From: Eledone cirrhosa
Lineage: Eukaryota
Direction: 5' to 3'
NCBI GenBank assembly: GCA_964016885.1
Contig: OZ024758.1
Coordinates: 24,428,001 to 24,492,000, forward strand
Length of the DNA stretch: 64,000 nucleotides
Below the pieces are notes generated by a model. The model was not told the origin of the DNA and made no database searches. It worked only from the letters and a program-made list of their open reading frames with translations. The position numbers were made by a program, and so were the translations under genes. Positions within the stretch are counted from its first letter, which is position 1. Every line of letters begins with the position of its first letter. Positions 22,523 through 35,465 of the stretch are shown piece after piece.

Positions 22523-22702
22523 CCTCATCATTTAACGTCCATTTTCCATGCTCGCATGGGTTAAACGGATTGTCCCATGAGGCGAGTTGGATCAGGTGAC
22601 CATGTCTTTTGCTCATATAGAACTGTTTCTGGCTTGGGTTCTATGGCTGGATGCTCTTCCTAACACCAACCACATTTACAGTGAGTACTGGGTGCTTTTA
22701 TT

Positions 22703-24890
22703 CATGACACCTACATGACCGCTTTACAGTGTGGGCTTGGTGCTTTTAGTCATGACACCTACATGACTGCTTTACAGTGTGGGCTTGGTGCTTTTAGTCA
22801 TGACACCTACATGACTGCTTTACAGTGTGGGCTTGGTGCTTTTAGTCATGACACCTACATGACCACTTTACAGTGTGGGCTTGGTGCTTTTAGTCATGAC
22901 ACCTACATGACCACTTTACAGTGTGGGCTTGGTGCTTTTAGTCATGACACCTACATGACTGCTTTACAGTGTGGGCTTGGTGCTTTTAGTCATGACACCT
23001 ACATGACCACTTTACAGTGTGGGCTGGGTGCTTTTAGTCATGACACCTACATGACTGCTTTACAGTGTGGGCTTAGTGCTTTTAGTCATGACACCTATAT
23101 GACCACTTTACAGTGTGGGCTTGGTGCTTTTAGTCATGACACCTACATGACAACTTTACAGTGTGGGCTTGGTGCTTTTAGTCATGACAACTACATGACC
23201 ACTTTACAGTGTGGGCTTGGTGCTTTTAGTCGTGACACCTATATGACCACTTTACAGTGTGGGCTTGGTGCTTTTAGTCATGACAGCTATATGACCGCTT
23301 TACAGTGTGGGCTTGGTGCTTTTAGTCATGACACCTACATGACCACTTTACAGTGTGGGCTTGGTGCTTTTAGTCATGACAACTACATGACCACTTTACA
23401 GTGTGGGCTTGGTGCTTTTAGTCATGACACCTACATGACCACTTTACAGTGTGGGCTGGGTGCTTTTAGTCATGACACCTACATGACTGCTTTACAGTGT
23501 GGGCTTGGTGCTTTTAGTCATGACACCTATATGACCACTTTACAGTGTGGGCTTGGTGCTTTTAGTCATGACAGCTATATGACCGCTTTACAGTGTGGGC
23601 TTGGTGCTTTTAGTCATGACACCTACATGACCACTTTACAGTGTGGGCTTGGTGCTTTTAGTCATGACACCTACATGACCACTTTACAGTGTGGGCTTGG
23701 TGCTTTTAGTCATGACACCTACATGACCACTTTACAGTGTGGGCTGGGTGCTTTTAGTCATGACACCTACATGACTGCTTTACAGTGTGGGCTTGGTGCT
23801 TTTAGTCATGACACCTATATGACCACTTTACAGTGTGGGCTTGGTGCTTTTAGTCATGACAGCTATATGACCGCTTTACAGTGTGGGCTTGGTGCTTTTA
23901 GTCATGACACCTACATGACCACTTTACAGTGTGGGCTTGGTGCTTTTAGTCATGACACCTACATGACCACTTTACAGTGTGGGCTTGGTGCTTTTAGTCA
24001 TGACACCTACATGACCACTTTACAGTGTGGGCTGGGTGCTTTTAGTCATGACACCTACATGACTGCTTTACAGTGTGGGCTTGGTGCTTTTAGTCATGAC
24101 ACCTATATGACCACTTTACAGTGTGGGCTTGGTGCTTTTAGTCATGACAGCTATATGACCGCTTTACAGTGTGGGCTTGGTGCTTTTAGTCATGACACCT
24201 ACATGACCACTTTACAGTGTGGGCTTGGTGCTTTTAGTCATGACAACTACATGACCACTTTACAGTGTGGGCTTGGTGCTTTTAGTCATGACAACTACAT
24301 GACCACTTTACAGTGTGGGCTTGGTGCTTTTAGTCATGACACCTACATGACCACTTTACAGTGTGGGCTTGGTGCTTTTAGTCATGACACCTACATGACC
24401 ACTTTACAGTGTGGGCTTGGTGCTTTTAGTCATGACACCTACATGACCACTTTACAGTGTGGGCTTGGTGCTTTTAGTCATGACACCTACATGACCACTT
24501 TACAGTGTGGGCTTGGTGCTTTTAGTCATGACACCTACATGACTGCTTTACAGTGTGGGCTTGGTGCTTTTAGTCATGACACCTACATGACTGCTTTACA
24601 GTGTGGGCTTGGTGCTTTTAGTCATGACAACTACATGACCACTTTACAGTGTGGGCTTGGTGCTTTTAGTCATGACACCTACATGACTGCTTTACAGTGT
24701 GGGCTGGGTGCTTTTAGTCATGACACCTACATGACTGCTTTACAGTGTGGGCTGGGTGCTTTTAGTCATGACACCTACATGACCGCTTTACAGTGTGGGC
24801 TGGGTGCTTTTAGTCATGACACCTACATGACTGCTTTACAGTGTGGGCTTGGTGCTTTTAGTCATGACACCTACATGACCGCTTTACAGC
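22703..24890. repeat. 48-bp minisatellite (~46 units) derived from the SINE/RTE tail unit
   Basis: Unit catgacacctacatgaccactttacagtgtgggcttggtgcttttagt, continuous with a minus-strand SINE-type tail at 22522-22702. Confidence 0.97.
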
Positions 24891-25446
24891 ATGGGCTGAA
24901 TATATATACTAATCCAACCCATACTGTAAGCATAGAAAAATGGACATAAAATAGCAATGATGATGATTATATATATAGAGAGAGAGTGAGAGAGAATACT
25001 GTGACACTGTTATGTTGAATGAAGAATTTAACCAAAACAATAAGTGTTGAGCGAACCATCGTTCTTCATTTCCTTTTACGTCAGATTGTTAACAAAGCAA
25101 AAATTTAAACATATATAATCATTGAGTTTTCCTACAGATTTTCATTTCCTTATTTCCTTTGTAGAACAGCATTAATTAGTCAAGTGAAAATTTCTTTAGT
25201 CAGTTAAAATTAATACCATATTTGCTCCAAGAATTCACTTTACAATTGATTAAGCTAATGCAATGGACCAGCTTCATTTGACTTAATATTTTGTCACAGA
25301 AACATTATATAGTTAAAAACAGCAGTGGTGAAACTGAGATTGTCAATGTACACATAGTCTCTTGTTGTACATATATTATTTATGAGTAATATGAAGCAGA
25401 GCAAACTTCATTCCAAATGAACACTAGAATTATATTTCCAATTTGT

Positions 25447-25672
25447 TTAACCCTTTAGCATTCACATTACTCTGTATTTACTATTGTATTTTCAAAGAAA
25501 AGGCTTTACCTCACTTAATTATCTCACATAATATCGAATCTATGAGATTTTGATATTTATTTTGAGAACAATACCTTAACATTAGTATGAGCAGCCAGTT
25601 GTGGCCAGTTTGAACAGAAAGAGGTGAGAGAATTCTGGCCGGATATGGCCGGTTTAAATGCTAAAGGGTTAA
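25447..25672. mobile_element. piggyBac-like MITE (~220 bp)
   Basis: TTAA-CCCTTTAGCATT ... AATGCTAAAGGG-TTAA. Other copies at 21496-21724, 37773-37999, 55356-55584 and 55607-55835; partial at 41420-41494. Confidence 0.88.
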
Positions 25673-26987
25673 TACATTTTATTTTATTTTCTATAGTTAA
25701 AGTCGATAAAGATGCTGAACAATGAATCAATAGATCAGTAGTTCAAATCCATATATGGGCTTCTTCAATCTCATTTATTGGAACAGGAGCTTTCTGCCAG
25801 ACAATGTTATTGCATAACTTTCTCCAATCAACTGTAAACTCTGGAAGATTCCAATATTTAGTAATATCTCCAATACAATTCCTTCTGTATAATAATTGTT
25901 TTTACTTTTGGCACAAGGCCAGAATTTACCCCAGTGCGTTACTGGTGCTTTATTTTATCGACCCCGTAAGGAGAAAGGCAAAGTTAACCTCAGTGGATTT
26001 GAACTCAGAACGTAAAGGGCCGTATAATAGTAACCTACTTACTGCACCTAACACTAAAGTATGTATGGCCCCGTCACTTCTGATAGAGTCATCGGGGCGC
26101 CGTATTGACATATGGCGTTACTTGGGCATTTTAAGCCTGGCAGAGCCCTTCCTTCTCCAGGCCTGAATACAGCAGACTTCTTCCAGGGAAAGATAAAAAG
26201 TGAGAGAGAGGAAATGAGAAAGAGATATAGAGGGAGAATCGACCCCAGTACTAAATTGGTATTTTTTTATCGACCTTGAAAGGATGAAAGGCAAAGTTGA
26301 CCTTAGCAGTATTTGAACTCAGGGAGCAGAGAGCTGGAACAAATAACAAAGCATTCTATCTGACGTTCTAATGACTCTGCCAATTCACCTCCTACTAGGT
26401 AAAATTAACCTCAGCAAGATTTGAACTCATAACATAAAGGGCCATAACAGTATGCTGCAAAGCATGTTGTCTGATGCTCTATCAAATCTACCAATCTACC
26501 ACTCTATGAAGAACATAATAAAAACTGTAGGGGTGAAGTGAAGTGAGGTGAAGATCAAAGTTTCTAGTTGACCAGCTAGGCAGTGTGAAGCAAGCAGATT
26601 AATATCTTATCTAAGATCATGACTTAAGGCCTATGGCAATATGAGAAAACATTTTATAAAGGTTTCTGTAAAAGTCAAATATAAACAAAAATGAAGAGAT
26701 AGATAATGTCAAGCATGGAAAATGTAAAACTTTCATCTGAAGAAAAGGTCGAGACACTCCATGATATAATTAGAGGCATTACTGAAGTTAGAGGCAATGA
26801 GGGATAGGAAATTGTGATACTTTTCTTTTCATAAGGATATTAATGTAACAAGTTAACCCATGTTAGCATGGAAGATGGTCGTTAAACGAAGATGATGAAG
26901 ATGATGATTAAGTTACTTAGTTCTCTCAAGAACCAAACTAAAGACTGATGTTTCAGTTGCCAATAATTTACCATATTACAATATGAC

Positions 26988-28376
26988 TGGTGTAAATAGT
27001 AACACTAGTTCCTGGTGTCAATAGTCACACTAGTTCGTGGTTTCAATAGTCACACTAATTTCTGGTGTCAATAGTCACACTAGTTTCTGGTGTAAATAGT
27101 CACACTAATTTCTGGTGTCAATAGTTACACTAGTTTCTGGTGTCAATAGTCACACTAGTTTCTGGTGTCAATAGTCACTAGTTTCTGATGTAAATAGTCA
27201 CACTAATTTCTGGTTTCAATAGTCACACTAGTTTCTGGTGTCAATAGTCACTAGTTTCTGGTGTAAATAGTCACACTAATTTCTGGTGTAAATAGTCACA
27301 CTAATTTCTGGTGTAAATAGTCACACTAGTTTCTGGTGTCAATAGTCACCAGTTTCTGGTGTAAATAGTCACACTAATTTCTGGTGTAAATAGTCACACT
27401 AGTTTCTGGTGTCAATAGTCACACTAGTTTCTGGTGTAAATAGTCACACTAATTTCTGGTGTAAATAGTCACACTAGTTTCTGGTGTCAATAGTCACACT
27501 AGTTTCTGGTGTAAATAGTCACACTAGTTTCTGGTGTAAATAGTCACACTAATTTCTGGTGTCAATAGTTACACTAGTTTCTGGTGTCAATAGTCACTAG
27601 TTTCTGGTGTAAATAGTCACACTAGTTTCTGGTGTAAATAGTCACACTAATTTCTGGTGTCAATAGTTACACTAGTTTCTGGTGTCAATAGTCACTAGTT
27701 TCTGGTGTAAATAGTCACACTAGTTTCTGGTGTAAATAGTCACACTAATTTCTGGTGTCAATAGTCACACTAGTTTCTGGTGTCAATAGTCACTAGTTTC
27801 TGATGTAAATAGTCACACTAATTTCTGGTTTCAATAGTCACACTAGTTTCTGGTGTCAATAGTCACTAGTTTCTGGTGTAAATAGTCACACTAATTTCTG
27901 GTGTAAATAGTCACACTAATTTCTGGTGTAAATAGTCACACTAGTTTCTGGTGTCAATAGTCACCAGTTTCTGGTGTAAATAGTCACACTAATTTCTGGT
28001 GTAAATAGTCACACTAGTTTCTGGTGTCAATAGTCACACTAGTTTCTGGTGTAAATAGTCACACTAGTTTCTGGTTTCAATAGTCACATTAATTTCTGGT
28101 GTCAATAGTCACATTAATTTCTGGTGTCAATAGTCACACTAATTTCTGGTTTCAATAGTAACACTAGTTCCTGGTGTAAATAGTCACACTAATTTCTGGT
28201 TTCAATAGTCACACTAATTTCTGGTGTCAATAGTCACACTAGTTTCTGGTTTCAATAGTCACACTAATTTCTGGTTTCAATAGTCACACTAATTTCTGGT
28301 TTCAATAGTCACACTAATTTCTGGTGTCAATAGTCACACTAATTTCTGGTGCCAATAGTCACACTAGTTTCTGGTA
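26988..28376. repeat. 25-bp minisatellite (23-bp variants)
   Basis: Unit aatagtcacactagtttctggtgtc. Confidence 0.97.
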
Positions 28377-29129
28377 TAAAATAGTAATAGTAATACTAGT
28401 TTCCATTTGAATAAAGCCACTTTTAATGAAATAAGAATACTTTTCTTATTCCATTAAACTAATCTCAACAATAACTGGGAACTCTAAGATACTAACTTTA
28501 TATAATGAAGTTAAAGTAGTGATTTATCCTCTTTGCAAACTTTAACTTTCCAGTAAGCAGGAATAACAGAAAGTGCCCAAAATAGATCCAGGTAAGTAAT
28601 GACAGGCACTAGACAGAGGGCCTCGGAGTGCTAAATGTCAAATTTGACATCTTACATAAATAGAACATCAGTTATTGAATTGGTGCGCTTGTGTTAATTC
28701 AGACTAAGACATTTGGAAACTATCAGATGATATTTAGTGAAATGTTCGTAATTAAGATTAAGGCTAAATTATCTATTGTCAAAAGAATGTTAATAATACT
28801 TTGAAGAATATTATTTCTTATATTCTCATAATACTGTCTTCTCAAAATAGTTTGGTAAAATGAGAGTCAAAAGAAAATTTTATAACTAGTAATCAATACT
28901 AAGAATGTTGTAAGAAAGCAACTGTTTTACCCTTTAGCCATCAATCAGTTGACTTATGCATCTGGTTCTGTATTCTTTTCATTAATACCAAAGCTAGCTA
29001 AGATACTATGTTTTTCTCTCTCCCTTCAAAACCAGTGAAATGGCTAAAGAACTTTGTCTCTTCTTATAATGCTTTAACATTTATTTTCGCCTCAAACTAT
29101 CAATATCTATATGTCCTGTGGCAAGCACT

Positions 29130-30015
29130 TCTTTTCTTCGCCCACTTATTCCTGAGAGGGTCGTGGAAGCAGAGTCCTCAAACATTCCCTGTCAGAAGCA
29201 ACCGTCTGCAACTGATCTGGCTGGATCCCCGAGCAAGACCAGCCAAGCTCATGGATGTTATCCAACCATCTTGCTCAGAGTCTATCCCTGGGTCTGGTCT
29301 CCTACCAGTTGGTTTCACCCGTAAAATCTGTCCAGTGATTCTTTCCTGAGACATTCTAACCACATGTCCATAGTATCAGAGCTATGATCTCTCAATTCGG
29401 AGAAGTAGCGGCTCTACCTGGAGTGACTCTCTGATCTCCGAGCTACAAATCTGTCCAGCAATTCTTTCCTGAGACATTCTAACCACATGTCCATAGTATC
29501 AGAGCTATGATCTCTCAATTCGGAGAAGTAGCGGCTCTACCTGGAGTGACTCTCTGATCTCCGAGCTACAAATCTGTCCAGTGATTCTTTCCTGAGACAT
29601 TCTAACCACATGTCCATAGTATCAGAGCTATGATCTCTCAATTCGGAGAAGTAGCGGCTCTACCTGGAGTGACTCTCTGATCTCCGAGCTACAAATCTGT
29701 CCAGTGATTCTTTCCTGAGACATTCAAACCACATGTTCATAGTACCGGAGCTGTGATTTCTCAATTCGGAGAAGTAGCAGTGCTACCTGGAGTGACTCTC
29801 TGATCTCCGAGCTACAAATCTGTCCAGTGATTCTTTCCTGAGACATTCAAACCACATGTTCATAATACCGGAGCTGTGATCTCTCAATTCGGAGAAGTAG
29901 CGGCTCTACTTGGAGTGACTCTCTGATCTCCGAACTACACACTTTATCGAGTAACATTACTCCAAAGACCCTTCGGTGGAACCCCATTTCGGTCGCTTGC
30001 ATTCACGACCGTATT
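29130..30015 (-). mobile_element. 3' fragment of a third RTE-like LINE (RTE-3) containing a 123-bp tandem expansion
   Basis: Minus strand encodes GHVVRMSQERITGQILRVKPTGRRP, RTE C-terminal-like. The tail caggaataagtgggcgaagaa is also seen at 4862-5105 (-) and 21945-22063 (+); related sequence at 61060-62065 (-). Confidence 0.75.
29325..29938. repeat. 123-bp tandem repeat x5 within RTE-3
   Basis: tctgtccag recurs at 29327, 29450 and onward. Confidence 0.95.
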
Positions 30016-30911
30016 CTGGCAAGCACTGCAATGCAAAATATCAATGCTTCTGGAAAACCAAGTTAAAACTGTTTTAATTAGCAGCTAAAACCAATAATAC
30101 CTATGAGAAAAGAATTAACATTACACAATGTCTTTCAATCCTCTACAAATGTTTCTAAGTTTGGAATGAATAAGATTATAATCTCATTAACAATAATTCA
30201 TCTCAGACAGATATTTATAATTAATATTATGTATGGTTTGACTCATAATTTCAGATGTTGTGTTACTATTTATATGAAAGGCTGAACATTAGCAGTAAAA
30301 CTTCATCAGTATAGGTGGACTTTACTGATTTCTGTCAATTATCCCTCAGAATCTCTTCATAATCCATATTTCTACTTACATATTCTCTCTCACACACACA
30401 CACACACACACACCTACATATGTACACAAACACACAAACACCACTACACACCTACACACACACAACTACACACACACACACACATACACATGTACATACA
30501 CAAACACACACACCTCTACACACACACAAACTACACACACACACACACCTACATACACACAACTACACACACACATACACATGTACATACACAAACCTCT
30601 ACACACACAAACTACAGTCACACACACACACACACACACCTACACATGTACATACATACACACACCTACACACACACCTACACTCACACACATACACATG
30701 TACATACACAAACACACCTCTACACCTACACACACACACAACTACACACACACACACACATGTACATACACACACACACACACACCTACACATGTACATA
30801 CACACACAAACACCTACACACACACACACACAGATGTGGACTGAACTTGTGATCAATTATTTGAAACACTGATTTCTGTTCCTATTTATGTTGCCACAAA
30901 AGATGATGAGT

Positions 30912-31541
30912 TTAACCCTTTAGCATTTAAACCGGTCGTATCCGGCCAGAATTCTCTCACCTCTTTCTGTTCAAACTGGCCATAACTGGCCGCTCATACT
31001 GACATTAAGGTATTGTTCTCAAAATAAATGACATCAAAATCTCTTAGATTCGATATGTGAGATAATAATGGTTTCTACTTTTGGCACAAGGCCAGCAATT
31101 GTATCCCAGTGTATTACTGGTACTTTATTTTATCGACCCCCCCCCCCCGTAAGGATGAAAGGCAAAGTTAACCTCGGTGGGATTTGAACTCAGACCATAA
31201 AGGCGCGTAACTCTTTGCTGCAAAGCATGGCGTCCGACCCTCTCTTTACCGATACTGCCAGAGAGATAATAATGTGAGATAAAGCCTTTACCGTGAAAAT
31301 ACAATAGTATATATACAGTAATTGTTTCTACTTTAGGCACAAGGCCAGCAATTACCCAGTGCATTACTGGTACTTTATTTTATCGACCCCGTAAGGATGA
31401 AAGGCAAAGTCAACCTCGGCGGGATTTGAACTCAGATCGTAAAGGGACGTAACTATGCTGGAAAGCATGGCGTCCGACCCTCCACTGATACTGCCAATCC
31501 ACCGCTGTATATATACAGTAATGTAAATGCTAAAGGGTTAA
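30912..31541. mobile_element. piggyBac-like MITE with two nested SINE B insertions (31068-31260, 31320-31506, both minus)
   Basis: MITE ends are intact; the second SINE is flanked by a tatatatacagta duplication. Confidence 0.88.
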
Positions 31542-31636
31542 TGGTGTAAGAAAGAATATCTTACTTTCTTATACAGTTCAGTTTAACAATTCAGACTGTT
31601 GATAACTCTCACTGTCTTTATATTCCAATATAACAT

Positions 31637-31990
31637 GGAGGCACGTGGCTTAGTGGTTAAAGCATTGGCCTTGCAATCGAAAGGTTGTGAGTTAAATTCT
31701 CAGACCGGGTGATGTGTTGTTTCCTTGAGCAAGACACTTTATTTCACATTGCTCCAGTTTACTCAGCTGTAGAAATGAGATTATAGGGACTGGGGTCTCT
31801 ATCATTCCACTGTAAAGTGGTCGTAGAGGTGCCACGGCAAAAAAGCACCCACCACTCACTGTAAATGAGGTTGGTGTTAGGAAGGGCATCCAGCTGTAGA
31901 AATCAAGCCAGAATCAGTTCCCGTCCCATCCTTGCAAGCAGGGAAAAAGCGGACGTAAAATGAAATGATGATGATGATGATGATGATGAT
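31637..31990 (+). mobile_element. SINE A
   Basis: Full copy with a short ATAACA direct repeat at the flanks. Confidence 0.9.
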
Positions 31991-32825
31991 AACAGTTCCT
32001 TTATTAGCCACACATGGCTTTTATATTCCAGCATAATAACAATTATTCTTACTCTATGAAGCTTTACTATATATAGTTAAAAGAAGATTTTAAATGCCAA
32101 TTAACTGGTATTATTGCCAAGAATGTGTTTGAATCAAATCTAAAGAAATCAGTGACATAATATGTAATACAACAATGCTGCCACTCGAAATTACTCAATT
32201 ATATAAATAACAACTTCCAAGATTTCTCTAAACCATTATAAAATCTAAATCTGGGGGAGTTTGGTATCAGTAAAATTAGATCGATCTCATCATCATCATC
32301 ATCATCATCTTCGTTTAATGTCCTTTTTCTATGCTAGCATGGGTTAGACGAGTGGTCCCGTTGTAAGACAAGCCAGGTCCAATGTCCGTGTCTTGCTCGT
32401 ACAGAACTGTTTCTGGCTTGGTTTCTATTTTACAGTGTGTACTGGGTACTTTTTACCATGGCACCTACAATACCACTTTACAGTGTGGCCTGGGCGCTTT
32501 TTATCATAGCACCTACACAACCATTTTACAGTAGGGACTGGGTACTTTTTGTTGCGACACCTACACAACCTCTTTACAGTGTGGACTGGGCACTTTTTAT
32601 CGTGTTCACCAACTAAAGTGAAAAAAAAATTGCAGCAAAAGGTTGGAAGATGTCACAATAATTGATGATAAAATTATTGCAGGTAATTACATCAAAGTAA
32701 ATTAGTACCTGTAATTTCATTACAAAGTAATTAGATTGCAAGACAACAGATTGTCAGAAAATTCATCATCATGCTTTATCCACAGAGTAAATATATATTG
32801 CTAAACAATATTAAAAGTTTTTATC

Positions 32826-34172
32826 CAGAGTAAATATATCACTAAACAAATTTAAAGGGTTTTATTTACATAGTATATATATCACAAAACATTATTTAAG
32901 TTTGTAAATTACAGAGTAAATATATCACTAAACAATTTTAAAGGGTTTTATTTACATAGTATATATATCACAAAACATTATTTAAGTTTGTAAGTTACAG
33001 AGTAAATATATCACTAAACAATTTTAAAGGGTTTTATTTACATAGTATATATATCACAAAACATTATTTAAGTTTGTAAGTTACAGAGTAAATATATCAC
33101 TAAACAATTTTAAAGGGTTTTATTTACATAGTATATATATCACAAAACATTATTTAAGTTTGTAAATTAGAGAGTAAATATATCACTAAACAAATTTAAA
33201 GGGTTTTATTTACATAGTATATATATCACAAAACATTATTTAAGTTTGTAAATTACAGAGTAAATATATCACTAAACAATTTTAAAGGGTTTTATTTACA
33301 TAGTATATATATCACAAAACATTATTTAAGTTTGTAAATTACAGAGTAAATATATCACTAAACAATTTTAAAGGGTTTTATTTACATAGTATATATATCA
33401 CAAAACATTATTTAAGTTTGTAAATTAGAGAGTAAATATATCACTAAACAAATTTAAAGGGTTTTATTTACATAGTATATATATCACAAAACATTATTTA
33501 AGTTTGTAAATTACAGAGTAAATATATCACTAAACAATTTTAAAGGGTTTTATTTACATAGTATATATATCACAAAACATTATTTAAGTTTGTAAGTTAC
33601 AGAGTAAATATATCACTAAACAATTTTAAAGGGTTTTATTTACATAGTATATATATCACAAAACATTATTTAAGTTTGTAAATTACAGAGTAAATATATC
33701 ACTAAACAATTTTAAAGGGTTTTATTTACATAGTATATATATCACAAAACATTATTTAAGTTTGTAAGTTACAGAGTAAATATATCACTAAACAATTTTA
33801 AAGGGTTTTATTTACATAGTATATATATCACAAAACATTATTTAAGTTTGTAAATTACAGAGTAAATATATCACTAAACAATTTTAAAGGGTTTTATTTA
33901 CATAGTATATATATCACAAAACATTATTTAAGTTTGTAAATTACAGAGTAAATATATCACTAAACAAATTTAAAGGGTTTTATTTACATAGTATATATAT
34001 CACAAAACATTATTTAAGTTTGTAAATTACAGAGTAAATATATCACTAAACAATTTTAAAGGGTTTTATTTACATAGTATATATATCACAAAACATTATT
34101 TAAGTTTGTAAATTACAGAGTAAATATATCACTAAACAATTTTAAAGGGTTTTATTTACATAGTATATATAT
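32826..34172. repeat. 86-bp AT-rich minisatellite (~15.5 units; dimer of ~43-bp subunits)
   Basis: acagagtaaa recurs at 32911, 32997, 33083 and onward. Confidence 0.97.
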
Positions 34173-34569
34173 ATATATGATTAAACGCAATTTAATTTTG
34201 TATTTGCAGAGTAAATATATCACATTTCATTAACAAAGGAAAGGAATTCAAAGACAAAATAATCCCATTCAACAAACTGAAATTTTTAGAAATCTTGACA
34301 AAAGAAAGTATATTAAAAAAAAAAAAAAATTAATAATTGAACAGTATATTGGCAGTACAGAACATGAACAATACTAAAAATAAATATAAAGATGGTGTTG
34401 AGGGGATTCAAGGCCTTTTCAATATCAAAATAATGAAAGTCTGGATTATTAAAGAAGCATTGCTTATAATTTGGCTTTTTAGAATGTTTCTTCTGTCAAT
34501 TTATACTCGTGTTATCTTTTATTGTATTATCTTCTGATTATATTTTTTGAAGTAACTGATTTGTTTTCT

Positions 34570-34773
34570 GTGTGTGTATATATACATATATATATATATA
34601 TATGTGTGTTTATATGTGCAGGTATATACATATATATATATATATATGTGTGTGCATACGTACATATATATCATATATATATGCCTATATATACATACAA
34701 ATATATATGCCTATATATACATACATACATATACACATTTATACATACATATATATACATACACATATTTATA

Positions 34774-34806
<33 letters not shown>

Positions 34807-34893
34807 CATAAACATATATATACATACATATATATATATATACATAAACATATATACATACATATATATATATATATATACATAAACATATAT

Positions 34894-34924
<31 letters not shown>

Positions 34925-35019
34925 CATAAACATATATATATATATACATAAACATATATATACATAAACATAAACATATATATACATAAACATAAACATA
35001 TATATACATAAACATATAT

Positions 35020-35050
<31 letters not shown>

Positions 35051-35087
35051 CATAAACATATATATACATAAACATATATATACATAC

Positions 35088-35134
<47 letters not shown>

Positions 35135-35465
35135 CATACATATATACATAAACATATATATACATATATACATAAACATATATATACATATATACATAAA
35201 CATATATATACATATATACATAAACATATATATACATATATACATAAACATATATATACATATATACATAAACATATATATACATATATACATAAACATA
35301 TATATACATACATATATATATATATACATACATACATAAACATATATATATATATATACATAAACATATATATACATACATACATATATATATATATATA
35401 CATATATATACATACATATACTAATACATACACATACACACACGTATGTGTGTGTTGTGTGTATA
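34570..35465. repeat. Compound (TA)/(TACA)/(TACATAAACA) tract
   Basis: Direct inspection. Confidence 0.95.

Noticed and set aside
22715-24949. 744-aa repeat ORF (MTTLQCGLGAFSHDTY)n as a protein gene
   Set aside because: It is a stop-free 48-bp minisatellite derived from a SINE tail, with no unique coding flanks.
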